DNA from: Salinispira sp.
GTDB taxonomy: Bacteria > Spirochaetota > Spirochaetia > DSM-27196 > Salinispiraceae
Direction of reading: 5' to 3'
Length of the DNA: 64,000 nt
NCBI GenBank assembly: GCA_965602015.1
Contig: OZ271918.1
Coordinates: 1,536,001 to 1,600,000, forward strand
The notes under the pieces were generated by a model that did no database searches, was not told the DNA's origin, and was given only the letters and a program-made list of their open reading frames with translations. The position numbers and the translations under genes are program-made. This document shows, in pieces, positions 10,242 to 19,688 of this stretch; position 1 is the stretch's first letter, and each line of letters starts with the position of its first letter.

Positions 10242-10853
10242 ATGTATTCACGGAAAACATGCACGGTTCCCGGCTGCTCCCACCGCAGTCTGCCGGGAAC
10301 AGATCTGTGCGCCGACCATTGCGGAAATTTCGCTGAAATGAACAAGCAGATTCTCGATCACATCGGGGATAATACCGCTATTCGCGAAGTCTCATTCCCC
10401 GGTGTGTATATGAACAGGCGCAGCTTTAAGGCCAAGCAATTGCTGAACTGTGATTTCAGTTACGGGAAATTCGAGGATTGCATTTTTGATGACAGCATTC
10501 TGCAGTTCGTCGTGCTAAACCATTCGGTTTTTCACAACTGTTCGTTTAAAAGAATCAGGGCCATTGAGTGCATTTTCGCCTGTTCCTCATTTCATTCATG
10601 CGATTTTTCCGGTTCGGACCTGGTGCAAAATAATTTTAACGGAAGCGCCATCATCGACGGAAGATTCAACAGCTCCGATCTAATGTATTCCCGGTTTATC
10701 AATGCTGATCTTCAGAATTGCGACTTCGTCGACTGTAATTTAAAGGCCGTGATGTTTCCCAACTCAATAATGAAAGATGTCAGCTTCAAGTACTCGAACC
10801 GTGAAGAGGCGATCTTTGAATTTGAACAAAACGAGACCTGGAGACTGGTATGA
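10242..10853 (+). CDS. Pentapeptide repeat protein with N-terminal Cys/His motif
   Basis: Repeated 5-residue units (e.g. ADLQN CDFVD CNLKA); N-terminal CxxPGC...CxxHC. Confidence 0.85.
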   Translation: MYSRKTCTVPGCSHRSLPGTDLCADHCGNFAEMNKQILDHIGDNTAIREVSFPGVYMNRRSFKAKQLLNCDFSYGKFEDCIFDDSILQFVVLNHSVFHNCSFKRIRAIECIFACSSFHSCDFSGSDLVQNNFNGSAIIDGRFNSSDLMYSRFINADLQNCDFVDCNLKAVMFPNSIMKDVSFKYSNREEAIFEFEQNETWRLV

Positions 10854-11446
10854 AGCAATTTGAATCGAATGATCTTCAAATCTACACCTACTTCAGCTCG
10901 GAATCCATGATGAACACCTATGTGATTTGGCATAAGGATCGTGGAGAAGCCTTACTCATAGACCCTGTAGAACTGGACGGCGGGTTATTCGAAATAATCG
11001 AGGCAAACGGCCTTGAAGTAATGGCGATGTTGTTGACGCATGCCCATGAGGACCACTTTAAGGCGGTACGCACGGTGCCCAAAATATATCACAATGCGAA
11101 AATTTACGGCGGTTGCGACCAGATTTTCGATCTACCGGTAGAAAACCTCAAAGAGAGCCCGCGGTTTACCGTCGCCGGCTTTTCGGTGGATCCGATTTTC
11201 CTCCCGGGTCACCACTCGGATTCATTGCTCTTTCATCTTGAAGGATTGCTCTTTACCGGCGACCTGATTAGCGCCGGGAGCCTTGCACTGGCCGACGGCA
11301 GCTTTGGCCGAAAACTGCTTTGCCAATGCATTCATGAAAGCATATTCACTTTGAGCGAGCATACCCTGGTGCTGCCGCTGTTCGGCCCGCCGAGCACCAT
11401 CGGAATAGAACGGGAAACAAACATCATCCTTCAGGAACTGTGCTGA
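10850..11446 (+). CDS. MBL-fold metallo-hydrolase (glyoxalase II-like)
   Basis: LLIDP, THAHEDH, PGH and FTGD motifs; ATGA overlap with the upstream gene. Confidence 0.85.
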   Translation: MKQFESNDLQIYTYFSSESMMNTYVIWHKDRGEALLIDPVELDGGLFEIIEANGLEVMAMLLTHAHEDHFKAVRTVPKIYHNAKIYGGCDQIFDLPVENLKESPRFTVAGFSVDPIFLPGHHSDSLLFHLEGLLFTGDLISAGSLALADGSFGRKLLCQCIHESIFTLSEHTLVLPLFGPPSTIGIERETNIILQELC

Positions 11447-12428
11447 GAAATGCCTCTAACTCGGTCATAAAACCTGCAGCACTAACACGGTTTTTTATGT
11501 CGGCGGGAATATCAGCGGTAAAAAAGCGCTTATCGCTCTCGCCGGGTAAGAGGATGGATAGGCTAATGGCATGAAGCATCAACGGCGTATCAGAAAATTG
11601 CGCCCCGCTCTGCCCGTCCCTTCGACGGAATCGAGGGTTATACAATGGATCTCCCACAATTGCCGCACCGATGTGCTTGCTGTGAACCCGAAGCTGGTGT
11701 GTACGGCCGCTCAAGGGTTTCCAGCACAGCAGACTCAGACCCTTCGGATATTCAGGCGACGGACCGGTGGAGGCCAGCACCCGGTATTCACTGAGCGCTG
11801 ATTTCCCCCTGTTCTCGTCGTGAATAAAGAGAACCCGACTGCCGTCTCCCCTCCGGATAAAACCCGAAACTCTCCCCGAACCACAAAGCTCGCCGTCGGC
11901 CAGGGAAAGGTAGGTTTTCTCGGCGGTTCGATTTCGAAATTGCGCTGACAGGAATTCCAGTGCAGCGCTGTTTTTGGCCAATATGATAACGCCCGACGTA
12001 TCCTTGTCGAGACGATGTACGATGCCCGGCCGAAACTGCTCGGAAGTTGTCAGTTTGGCGACGGGATTGCAGTGATGGATAAACGCGTTTACAAGGGTTC
12101 CGCCCGGGTTTCCCGCGCCTGGATGAACAACCATACCGCGATTCTTGTTGACCACCAGGACGTCATCATTTTCGAAAATGATATCCAGGGGAATATCTTC
12201 GGGGGCCAGAGAATAGGTTTTCTCAGGCAGGTATTCAAGGGCAATACGATCGCCCGCTGCAACCGAGGAACTCGCCTTTGCGGGCCTGCCGTTTATTGTT
12301 GCTGAAACGACACGGGCCTTGTACTGTGAGCGGGTGAACAGCTCGAATTCTTCGGAAATGAATCGATCTATCCGTGAACATTCGCCTTCGGCGGTGATGT
12401 GGAACTGCAGGGTGATGTCCCGGCTCAT
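11424..12428 (-). CDS. rluD: RluA/RluD family 23S rRNA pseudouridine synthase
   Basis: S4-like N-terminus, GIVHRLDKDTSG, GRTHQLRVH and GDPLY. Confidence 0.9.
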   Translation of the reverse strand: MSRDITLQFHITAEGECSRIDRFISEEFELFTRSQYKARVVSATINGRPAKASSSVAAGDRIALEYLPEKTYSLAPEDIPLDIIFENDDVLVVNKNRGMVVHPGAGNPGGTLVNAFIHHCNPVAKLTTSEQFRPGIVHRLDKDTSGVIILAKNSAALEFLSAQFRNRTAEKTYLSLADGELCGSGRVSGFIRRGDGSRVLFIHDENRGKSALSEYRVLASTGPSPEYPKGLSLLCWKPLSGRTHQLRVHSKHIGAAIVGDPLYNPRFRRRDGQSGAQFSDTPLMLHAISLSILLPGESDKRFFTADIPADIKNRVSAAGFMTELEAFLSTVPEG

Positions 12429-12430
12429 AG

Positions 12431-13000
12431 CTAAGGTACGTCCTGAAACTGACGTGTCGGAGCCGGCTGCCGACGGTTCTCCCGGGTTTTCTCTATTATC
12501 AGGTCGATGGTAGCCAACGCCAGGCTGCTTGCCGCCGCTGCAATAAGGATATTCCGCCTCTCATCATTGTCGAAGCCACGGTCGCCGAACAGAAGCGGAC
12601 GAACTTCACGGGCAGCATCGCTTGAAAACCCTTCCTGTATCCCCGTTGAGCCAAATCGGTACACATCGTAGGCAATGTTTGAAAAAAATATGGTAAACGG
12701 CAAAGTGCCGAAGGCAATTATTTCGAAGCGCCGTACATCTGCCCAGAACCTCTGACCTGCAGCGTCAGACCTCAACGGCGCGCCCTCGCCGTCATTGCGG
12801 GAATCATCCAGCGGAAGCAACAGGTGCTCATTGTAGTGCAATCCGGGCATTACCCTGGTATGATGCCAGGTCATACCTTCAGCCGAATCAGGGAAGAGAG
12901 CGCGGGGTTCCTGAGAAACCAGGGGAGTAATCATCATGCCGGTAAAAAGCACAAAAATAATACAGAAGCCGGGTCTGGGCAGCAGAGGCCGGTGAGTCAT
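12431..13000 (-). CDS. Hypothetical membrane/exported protein
   Basis: N-terminal hydrophobic segment plus two further hydrophobic stretches; ATGA-coupled to yggS. Confidence 0.65.
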   Translation of the reverse strand: MTHRPLLPRPGFCIIFVLFTGMMITPLVSQEPRALFPDSAEGMTWHHTRVMPGLHYNEHLLLPLDDSRNDGEGAPLRSDAAGQRFWADVRRFEIIAFGTLPFTIFFSNIAYDVYRFGSTGIQEGFSSDAAREVRPLLFGDRGFDNDERRNILIAAAASSLALATIDLIIEKTRENRRQPAPTRQFQDVP

Positions 13001-13698
13001 CGGACCGTCCTTTCGCCGAATATCGCTGTACCCACCCGTACCATGGTAGCCCCTTCTTTTATCGCCAACTCAAAATCATTGCTCATGCCCATGCTGAGGC
13101 TATCCCAATGAGGTGGTTTCAATTCGCTATCGATTTTTCCGTGAAGGGAACGCAGCCGTGAAAAAGCGCGCCTAACGGGCTGCTCACCTAATTCCATAAG
13201 GGGTCCAATGGTCATCAGGCCCCGGACGCTCAGCCCTGGCAACCCCAGGGCGAGCTCTGCCAGGGAAAGCACTGCAGTATCTTCTTCGAGCCCCTGTTTG
13301 CTTTGCTCGCCGCTGGTATTGACCTCGATGCAGATATTTATTATCCGCCCCTGTTCTACAGCGTGACGGCTGACTGCCCGAAGGATTTTTTCCCTGTCGA
13401 TGCTCTGAATCCAATCGCTCGCTTGAACGGCGGTTTTAACCTTGTTGGACTGAAGAGTCCCGATCATATGAAGTTCGATATCTTCATGAGATTTCGGGAG
13501 GAACTTTTCGGCTATCTCTTGGACCCGATTCTCACCGAAGATGCGGATGCCGGCCCGGTATGCGTTTTCAATAATCTCGGCAGATTTGGTTTTACTCACC
13601 GCAATGAGGGTGATGTCTACGGGATCCCGGCCGCAGGACCGGGCTGCCGATTCTATCCGCCGCTGTATAGCCTGGAAATTTGCATCGATGGCACTCAT
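12997..13698 (-). CDS. yggS: YggS/PLPBP pyridoxal phosphate homeostasis protein
   Basis: LIAVSK, FGENRVQE, HMIGTLQSNK, SMGMSND and VRVGTAIFG. Confidence 0.95.
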   Translation of the reverse strand: MSAIDANFQAIQRRIESAARSCGRDPVDITLIAVSKTKSAEIIENAYRAGIRIFGENRVQEIAEKFLPKSHEDIELHMIGTLQSNKVKTAVQASDWIQSIDREKILRAVSRHAVEQGRIINICIEVNTSGEQSKQGLEEDTAVLSLAELALGLPGLSVRGLMTIGPLMELGEQPVRRAFSRLRSLHGKIDSELKPPHWDSLSMGMSNDFELAIKEGATMVRVGTAIFGERTVR

Positions 13699-13808
13699 TC
13701 AATATATTGTAGCAAATTAAAGTGGCCGAGTCATGCACCTATTTACCATTGAAGTGCTTTGGCATAATATGGCCACGCAAAAACACATGAACAGGCAGGT
13801 AGACATAC

Positions 13809-14714
13809 ATGAGTACAACCCTCTGGTCGGAGAGACAGATTTCAACCTGGAGAACCAAAGTCGGCTTGGCAGAAATGCTCAAGGGCGGCGTGATCATGGA
13901 CGTAATAAACGTTGAACAGGCGAAAATCGCCGAAGATGCCGGCGCTCAGGCGGTTATGGCTCTCGAGAGAGTGCCCGCCGACATTCGGGCTCAGGGCGGT
14001 GTAGCCCGGATGAGCGACCCGGCAATGATAGAAGAGATTAAAGCGGCGGTTTCCATTCCCGTCATGGCCAAGGCGCGTATCGGACACTTTGCCGAGGCGC
14101 AAATCCTCGAGGCCATAGGTGTAGACTTCATCGATGAGAGTGAAGTTCTCACCCCGGCCGACGATGAGTTCCATATCTGGAAGTACGACTTCAAAGCGCC
14201 CTTTGTTTGCGGCTGCCGCAACCTCGGCGAAGCCCTGCGGAGAATCGGGGAAGGCGCTGCCATGATCCGTACAAAGGGTGAGGCGGGAACCGGCGATATC
14301 ATTGAAGCGGTTCGTCACATCCGCAGCGTTACCGACGGCATAAAGCGGCTTCAGGGCCTCGGCCGGGAACAGCTGATGACCGAAGCGAAAAACCTCGGAG
14401 CCCCCTTCGATCTGGTTTACGAAGTGGCGGAAACCGGAAAGCTTCCGGTACCAAATTTCTCCGCCGGCGGCGTAGCTACCCCTGCGGATGCGTCTCTCAT
14501 GGTGCAGCTTGGTGCCGAGGCGGTTTTTGTCGGTTCAGGGATTTTCAAAAGCGGAGATCCGAAAAAACGGGCACGTGCCATTGTCGATGCGGTTGCCCAT
14601 TATAATGAGCCCGGCAAGCTGCTTGAGATTTCCCGGAACATCGGCGAACCGATGACGGGCATCAACGTGAGCACCATGGATGACAGTCAGCGAATTGCCG
14701 GACGGGGCTGGTAA
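13809..14714 (+). CDS. pdxS: Pyridoxal 5'-phosphate synthase lyase subunit
   Basis: [29 protein letters not shown] and GGVATPADA. Confidence 0.97.
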   Translation: MSTTLWSERQISTWRTKVGLAEMLKGGVIMDVINVEQAKIAEDAGAQAVMALERVPADIRAQGGVARMSDPAMIEEIKAAVSIPVMAKARIGHFAEAQILEAIGVDFIDESEVLTPADDEFHIWKYDFKAPFVCGCRNLGEALRRIGEGAAMIRTKGEAGTGDIIEAVRHIRSVTDGIKRLQGLGREQLMTEAKNLGAPFDLVYEVAETGKLPVPNFSAGGVATPADASLMVQLGAEAVFVGSGIFKSGDPKKRARAIVDAVAHYNEPGKLLEISRNIGEPMTGINVSTMDDSQRIAGRGW

Positions 14715-14744
14715 AAGACCCAGGCACCGAACGAAGAATAATTC

Positions 14745-14773
14745 AAACCCTGGCTTAGGTCAGGGTTTTTTTT
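14745..14773 (+). terminator. Intrinsic terminator-like hairpin between pdxS and pdxT
   Basis: AAACCCTGGC-TTAG-GTCAGGGTTT stem-loop running into an 8-T tract. Confidence 0.75.
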
Positions 14774-14786
14774 GGAGCACAGCATC

Positions 14787-15362
14787 ATGAAAAAAGTAGG
14801 CGTTCTGAGTCTTCAGGGCGGATTCGCGAAGCATATAGAAATCCTGCGGCTTTGCGGGCATCAGGTGATCTCCGTCAGAAATGAAGCGGACCTGGCCCAA
14901 TGCGACGGTCTCATACTCCCGGGCGGTGAGAGCACTACAATCGCCATGCTGATCAAGCGGCGCGGTCTCGACGGCCCCCTGAACGAGTTTATCAAATCCG
15001 GCAAAGCTGTTTTTGGAACCTGCGCCGGTATGATTCTGCTGTCTCATAAGGTTGACGGCAGGAATGAGCTGCATTTTTCGGCGATAGACATGGAAATCGA
15101 GCGAAACTCCTACGGAAGCCAGGTCGACAGCTTTGAAGCAGCCCTGGACATAACGATTCAGGGAAAAAAAATCGCGGCCTTCCCGGCGGTGTTTATACGA
15201 GCTCCGAGAATCACTGCTTTAGGCGATGGCGTTCAAGCTCTCGCCAGTTTCAACGGCGATCCGGTAATGGTGCAAAGCGGCAATATTATTGCAACAAGTT
15301 TTCATCCGGAACTTACGGCAGACCGGCGTATTCATGAATATTTTATAGAACAGATGGGCTGA
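14787..15362 (+). CDS. pdxT: PLP synthase glutaminase subunit
   Basis: GVLSLQG, PGGESTT, GTCAGMI, FIRAP and FHPE; GGAG SD before ATG 14787. Confidence 0.96.
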   Translation: MKKVGVLSLQGGFAKHIEILRLCGHQVISVRNEADLAQCDGLILPGGESTTIAMLIKRRGLDGPLNEFIKSGKAVFGTCAGMILLSHKVDGRNELHFSAIDMEIERNSYGSQVDSFEAALDITIQGKKIAAFPAVFIRAPRITALGDGVQALASFNGDPVMVQSGNIIATSFHPELTADRRIHEYFIEQMG

Positions 15363-15380
15363 GCCTGCCGCAGAGTTCCC

Positions 15381-16445
15381 CTAAAAATCCCGTTTTAGAT
15401 TATAGGTTAAGAGAGCATGAAGAGATTCGGCGAGATTTGGTGCCTCTGACCTCAGCAGATCGATAGCTGAGGAGCAATCAGAAGCGAGTTCTCCCAGACG
15501 ATTCTCGATTTGTTGGGGAATCGAATACTTCTCAAGCAGATTCATGATTACCCGGGCCTCTTCATCGGACTTCAGATTGCCGATCAGATTCAAAAGATTT
15601 TCCCTGTCGGCCGCATCGGTCAGTTCAAGCAGGGTCTGCATGTAAACAGTTTTCTTTCCCTCATACAGATCAGATCCCCGCGGCTTGCCGGTCTTTTGGG
15701 AATCTCCGAATAGTCCGATTTCATCATCCTTAATCTGAAAGATGATACCGAGCAATTCGCCGATATCTTCCAACTGTTTGCGGATTTTTTTATCTTTTCC
15801 CCGTAGAAGGGCTCCGAGGCTCAGAGGCAGACTGAAGGTGTAACGTCCGGTTTTATGGCGGTACATTGTTTCCACCGCATCATAGCTAACCGCGGTAGCG
15901 TCAATTTCACCGTGATGCACATCCTGCATTTGCGCAATTCCGACCAGGACCATTTCATCGGAAATGAAGTCAATTAGTTCGCTTCGCTTTTTATCGGACA
16001 GTGAAAGCCGGGAAAGCATACCGAAGGCCATAAACGCTGCCACATCTCCAGCGCAAATCCCCATGCTCAAGCCATAGTGGGCAGGATCATTCACTCCCGC
16101 GGATTGGCCATCGCCCTGAAACTGATAGTGAACCGACGGTTTCCCCCTGCGATACTCGTCCTGATCCATAATGTCGTCGTGGATAAGCAACATACTCTGA
16201 AAAAGTTCCACAGCTGCGGAAATGACAAACAGGTCCCTTCGGTCAACCTCGTCTCCGGTAAGGCGGTCGTAGGCGAATGGAACAAGACTGCCGCGGATGA
16301 GCTTGCCTCTCGATGCGTAGTCATCGAGTCGATCGCGTACTTTTCCTGAGAACCCGTTGATGTGGGTAAAACGGTTCATGACCTCGCCAATCCCCCCATG
16401 CAGGGCTGAGAGAATTTCATCGCGGTAGTATAGTAGCTCTTTCAT
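15381..16445 (-). CDS. Polyprenyl (geranylgeranyl-type) diphosphate synthase
   Basis: GKLIRG, HDDIMDQD..RRG (first Asp-rich motif), FQIKDD (second) and GKKT. Confidence 0.92.
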   Translation of the reverse strand: MKELLYYRDEILSALHGGIGEVMNRFTHINGFSGKVRDRLDDYASRGKLIRGSLVPFAYDRLTGDEVDRRDLFVISAAVELFQSMLLIHDDIMDQDEYRRGKPSVHYQFQGDGQSAGVNDPAHYGLSMGICAGDVAAFMAFGMLSRLSLSDKKRSELIDFISDEMVLVGIAQMQDVHHGEIDATAVSYDAVETMYRHKTGRYTFSLPLSLGALLRGKDKKIRKQLEDIGELLGIIFQIKDDEIGLFGDSQKTGKPRGSDLYEGKKTVYMQTLLELTDAADRENLLNLIGNLKSDEEARVIMNLLEKYSIPQQIENRLGELASDCSSAIDLLRSEAPNLAESLHALLTYNLKRDF

Positions 16446-16718
16446 TGTGCTCCCTCTTGTGCAGATGCGCGATGATTATCCCATGTGGAATCCAACGCTG
16501 AGTAATTCTGTCGCAAAGGCTTCCGGCTTGCAAGACCCTTTTGACAGCCGGACGTCTTCTTTAGATATATTTGCGTAATATGGCCAGGAGTTAGGTTTGC
16601 TGGCGATAGGCGCCACAATCTTCGCATATTTTTTGTAACTTTTTAATTGTGAAATGATGAGATCGAGATATTTTACTTGTTTTTTTACTAATATTTTTAC
16701 CTTTATTTCCATATTACA

Positions 16719-16747
16719 TTGACTTTAAGGTGAATAATGACAATAAT
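16719..16747 (+). promoter_or_regulatory. Putative sigma70 promoter of ilvBN
   Basis: TTGACT-N17-AATAAT, about 30 nt upstream of the ATG. Confidence 0.55.
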
Positions 16748-16777
16748 CATGACGATATTCGAGCAAGAGGTGGAAGT

Positions 16778-18493
16778 ATGTCTGAAAATCTTAAATCCGG
16801 TGCAGAAGTAATTGTGGACGTCATTCACAAGGAAGGAATAGAATACATCTTTGGACTCCCAGGCGGGGCGGCAATACCTATTTTTGATGCCCTGGTCGAT
16901 TCGCCGGTAGAGCTTATCCTTACCCGTCATGAACAAGGCGCTACCCACATGGCTGACGGGTATGCCCGGGCAACAGGCAAGCCCGCGGTGGTTCTGGTAA
17001 CTTCCGGACCAGGGGCAACAAACACAATTACCGGCATACTCACCGCCCAAATGGACTCGGTCCCCATGGTGATTCTCACCGGTCAAAACACCACATGGAA
17101 TCTGGGTCTCGATGCGTTTCAGGAAGCCGATGTGTCAGGCATCTCATTCCCCGTGGTCAAGCACTCATATCTGGTAAAAGACCCGCGAGATTTGCCACGG
17201 GTCATGCGGGAGGCATTTCACATTTGTCAGACCGGACGTCCCGGACCGGTGCTGGTAGATATTCCAAAGGATATATCCTCTGCGGTAATTGAACCGGATT
17301 ATGATGAAGACTTCCACCTTCCCGGTTACCGATACCTGGAAGACGGCGAAGAGGATTCAATAGAACAGGCCGCGCGCCTGCTTCAGAAAGCGTCCAGACC
17401 GGTGCTCCTGGTCGGGCACGGTGCGGTAATTTCCGGAGCCGAGAAAGAGGTAATTCGTTTAGCAGAGACTCTTGATATTCCGGTGACGAACACCCTTCTG
17501 GGCAAGGGCTGTTTCCCCGAAGACCACCCCCTTTCACTCGGAATGCTGGGAATGCACGGTACTGCCTATGCGAACAAGGCGGTGGCGGACTGCGACCTGA
17601 TAATGTCCATTGGCTCGCGTTGGGACGACAGGATTATCGGCAATCCCGACGAGTTCTGCGTCGACGCGAGGAAAATCCACGTTGATATCGACCCATCGGA
17701 ATTCAACAAGATTATCGATATGGATGTAACCATACAGGGCGATGCAAAAACCGTTCTCCAGTCCCTCTTGAAAAAAGTCATTCCCGGTGAAACCGCCCTC
17801 TGGCTTAAACAGATTGAAAAGTGGAAAAAAAATCACCCCTTGAAATATCGCCGCACGGGTAAGCTCTCCGCCCAGCACGTAATCGATGAGATGCATATTC
17901 AGACCAACGGCAGGGCAATCGTCTCCACCGACGTTGGTCAGCATCAAATGTGGGCGGCTCAGTTCTGCAAAACAAACGACCGCTTCCATTGGCTCAGCTC
18001 CGGCGGCGCAGGAACCATGGGCTTTGGTTTTCCCGCAGCCGTAGGCGCCCAATTCGCCCATCCGGATAAAACGGTAGTCGCTGTGGTGGGAGACGGCGGT
18101 TTTCAAATGACCCTCTGCGAACTGTCCACCGCGGTCATCAATAAACTGCCATTAAAAATCGTTGTCATTAACAACAGATATCTGGGCATGGTGCGTCAGT
18201 GGCAAAGCCTGTTCTATGACAACCGGCTCTCCGGCGTCGACCTGCAGGGAAACCCGGATTTTGTCAAACTGGCAGAAAGCTACGGTGCCAAAGGATTCCG
18301 CATCAAGCGGAGCGCCGACGTAAAACGGATAATCTCCGCCGCATTGGCCTATAACGACGGCCCGGTGGTTATTGATGCCATGGTCGAAAAGGAGAGCAAT
18401 GTTTTCCCGATGATACCCGCCGGGGCATCATTGGCCGATATGATTCTCGAAGAACCCAAACAGCCGATGGCAAAGCCCGTAGGCTCTACCTAA
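16778..18493 (+). CDS. ilvB: Acetolactate synthase large subunit
   Basis: [30 protein letters not shown] and the TPP motif GDGGFQM...NN; GAGGTGG SD before ATG 16778. Confidence 0.96.
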   Translation: MSENLKSGAEVIVDVIHKEGIEYIFGLPGGAAIPIFDALVDSPVELILTRHEQGATHMADGYARATGKPAVVLVTSGPGATNTITGILTAQMDSVPMVILTGQNTTWNLGLDAFQEADVSGISFPVVKHSYLVKDPRDLPRVMREAFHICQTGRPGPVLVDIPKDISSAVIEPDYDEDFHLPGYRYLEDGEEDSIEQAARLLQKASRPVLLVGHGAVISGAEKEVIRLAETLDIPVTNTLLGKGCFPEDHPLSLGMLGMHGTAYANKAVADCDLIMSIGSRWDDRIIGNPDEFCVDARKIHVDIDPSEFNKIIDMDVTIQGDAKTVLQSLLKKVIPGETALWLKQIEKWKKNHPLKYRRTGKLSAQHVIDEMHIQTNGRAIVSTDVGQHQMWAAQFCKTNDRFHWLSSGGAGTMGFGFPAAVGAQFAHPDKTVVAVVGDGGFQMTLCELSTAVINKLPLKIVVINNRYLGMVRQWQSLFYDNRLSGVDLQGNPDFVKLAESYGAKGFRIKRSADVKRIISAALAYNDGPVVIDAMVEKESNVFPMIPAGASLADMILEEPKQPMAKPVGST

Positions 18494-18519
18494 GCAGCAG
18501 CTCACAAGGAGACGCAGAT

Positions 18520-19026
18520 ATGTCAAACGGCATCACTAAAAAGCACACCATCAGTCTGTTCGTGGCCAATAAGCCCGGAGTTCTCATCCGGATTGCCCTG
18601 GTTTTCGCCCGTCGGGGGTACAACATCGACAGTCTCGTGGTGTCCTCGGGAAGCGATCCCCGGTTTTCCACTATGAACATCGTGGCGACCGGAGATGAAA
18701 AGGTTTTGGACCAGATACTGAAGCAATTAAACAAGCTGGTCGATGTGGTTTCCGCAAAGGACCGCACCGATGAGGATATTCTTCAGAAAGAGCTCGCGTT
18801 GTTTAAGATTGGCACAACAGATCATGAACGCTTTGAAGTTATTCAACTGGCCAATGCGCTCAAATGCGATGTGGTTGATGTCTCTGAAAGCGCGGTAATT
18901 CTAGAAATGCAGGGGAACAGCGAGCGAATCGACAGCACCTACGAGGTGCTGGAAGATTATGGGGTTATCGAATTGGTCCGCACCGGCAAGGTACTCATGG
19001 CCAGGGGGTCAGAAGTAACCTCATAA
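18520..19026 (+). CDS. ilvN: Acetolactate synthase small subunit
   Basis: ACT domain NKPGVL...FARRGYNIDSL, KQLNKLVDV and ELVRTG. Confidence 0.95.
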   Translation: MSNGITKKHTISLFVANKPGVLIRIALVFARRGYNIDSLVVSSGSDPRFSTMNIVATGDEKVLDQILKQLNKLVDVVSAKDRTDEDILQKELALFKIGTTDHERFEVIQLANALKCDVVDVSESAVILEMQGNSERIDSTYEVLEDYGVIELVRTGKVLMARGSEVTS

Positions 19027-19038
19027 TCCTATTAACAT

Positions 19039-19068
19039 AAAAAAACCAATTCCCGTTCGGGGAATTGG
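19039..19068. terminator. Terminator hairpin between convergent ilvN and tRNA-Val
   Basis: CCAATTCCC-N5-GGGAATTGG, with an A-run on the left that forms the minus-strand U-tract. Confidence 0.75.
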
Positions 19069-19076
19069 CTTAGTAG

Positions 19077-19150
19077 TGGGCGGTGGCAGACTCGAACTGC
19101 CGACCCCCAGCGTGTCGAGCTGGTGCTCTAACCAACTGAGCTAACCGCCC
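19077..19150 (-). tRNA. tRNA-Val(GAC)
   Basis: Cloverleaf GGGCGGT-TA-GCTC AGTTGGTTA GAGC-A-CCAGC TCGACAC GCTGG-GGGTC-GGCAG TTCGAGT CTGCC-ACCGCCC-A; CCA is not encoded. Confidence 0.95.
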
Positions 19151-19157
19151 GGATAGT

Positions 19158-19184
19158 AAAAACGCTCCCATATCCGGGAGCGTT
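19158..19184 (-). terminator. Terminator of the che operon
   Basis: Minus-strand AACGCTCCC-GGATAT-GGGAGCGTT followed by a short T-run. Confidence 0.65.
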
Positions 19185-19185
19185 G

Positions 19186-19214
19186 ATTAAAGCATACATA
19201 AAATTTTCTGTCAA
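19186..19214 (-). promoter_or_regulatory. Sigma70 promoter of tRNA-Val
   Basis: TTGACA-N17-TTTAAT with an extended -10 TG. Confidence 0.75.
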
Positions 19215-19223
19215 TTCGTTTTA

Positions 19224-19664
19224 CTAATCTTTGTTGATGGTGCTGGCGATGCGTTCAAGAACTTTTTTCCGGTCAAGGGGTTTTACGATATAATTCTTCG
19301 CACCAATCATCAGACTCTGCTTCACCAGATCCTGTTTACCCAGGGCTGAAATCATGACAACCCGGGCATTTTTATCAAACTCCATGATTTTTTCCAGCGC
19401 GGTAACTCCATCCATCTTGGGCATGGTAATATCCATGGTTACCAAATCGACATTGGGATGAAGCTCTTTATACTTCTCCAGCCCTACTTCGCCGTTCTCC
19501 GCGGTAGCCACCACGTCGAATCCTTCGGAAGTCAGGATCTGAGTAATCTGCTTCGTAACGAACATTGAATCGTCGACAACGAGGACCTTGTAGGATTTCC
19601 CCGCGGCATCGATTCCCGTGGCTTGACGTTCGTTAATATTGGGAAAATCACCTTTTGATCTCAT
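19224..19664 (-). CDS. cheY: Chemotaxis response regulator CheY
   Basis: VVDD, phospho-acceptor DITMPKMDG and KP; in the che operon. Confidence 0.93.
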   Translation of the reverse strand: MRSKGDFPNINERQATGIDAAGKSYKVLVVDDSMFVTKQITQILTSEGFDVVATAENGEVGLEKYKELHPNVDLVTMDITMPKMDGVTALEKIMEFDKNARVVMISALGKQDLVKQSLMIGAKNYIVKPLDRKKVLERIASTINKD

Positions 19665-19688
19665 TAACCTACTCCTGTATCGCGAAGA

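Noticed and set aside
16476..16712. 78-aa Lys-rich minus-strand ORF between the prenyltransferase and ilvB
   Set aside because: Lies in an AT-rich divergent promoter region with no SD or recognisable homology; probably spurious.
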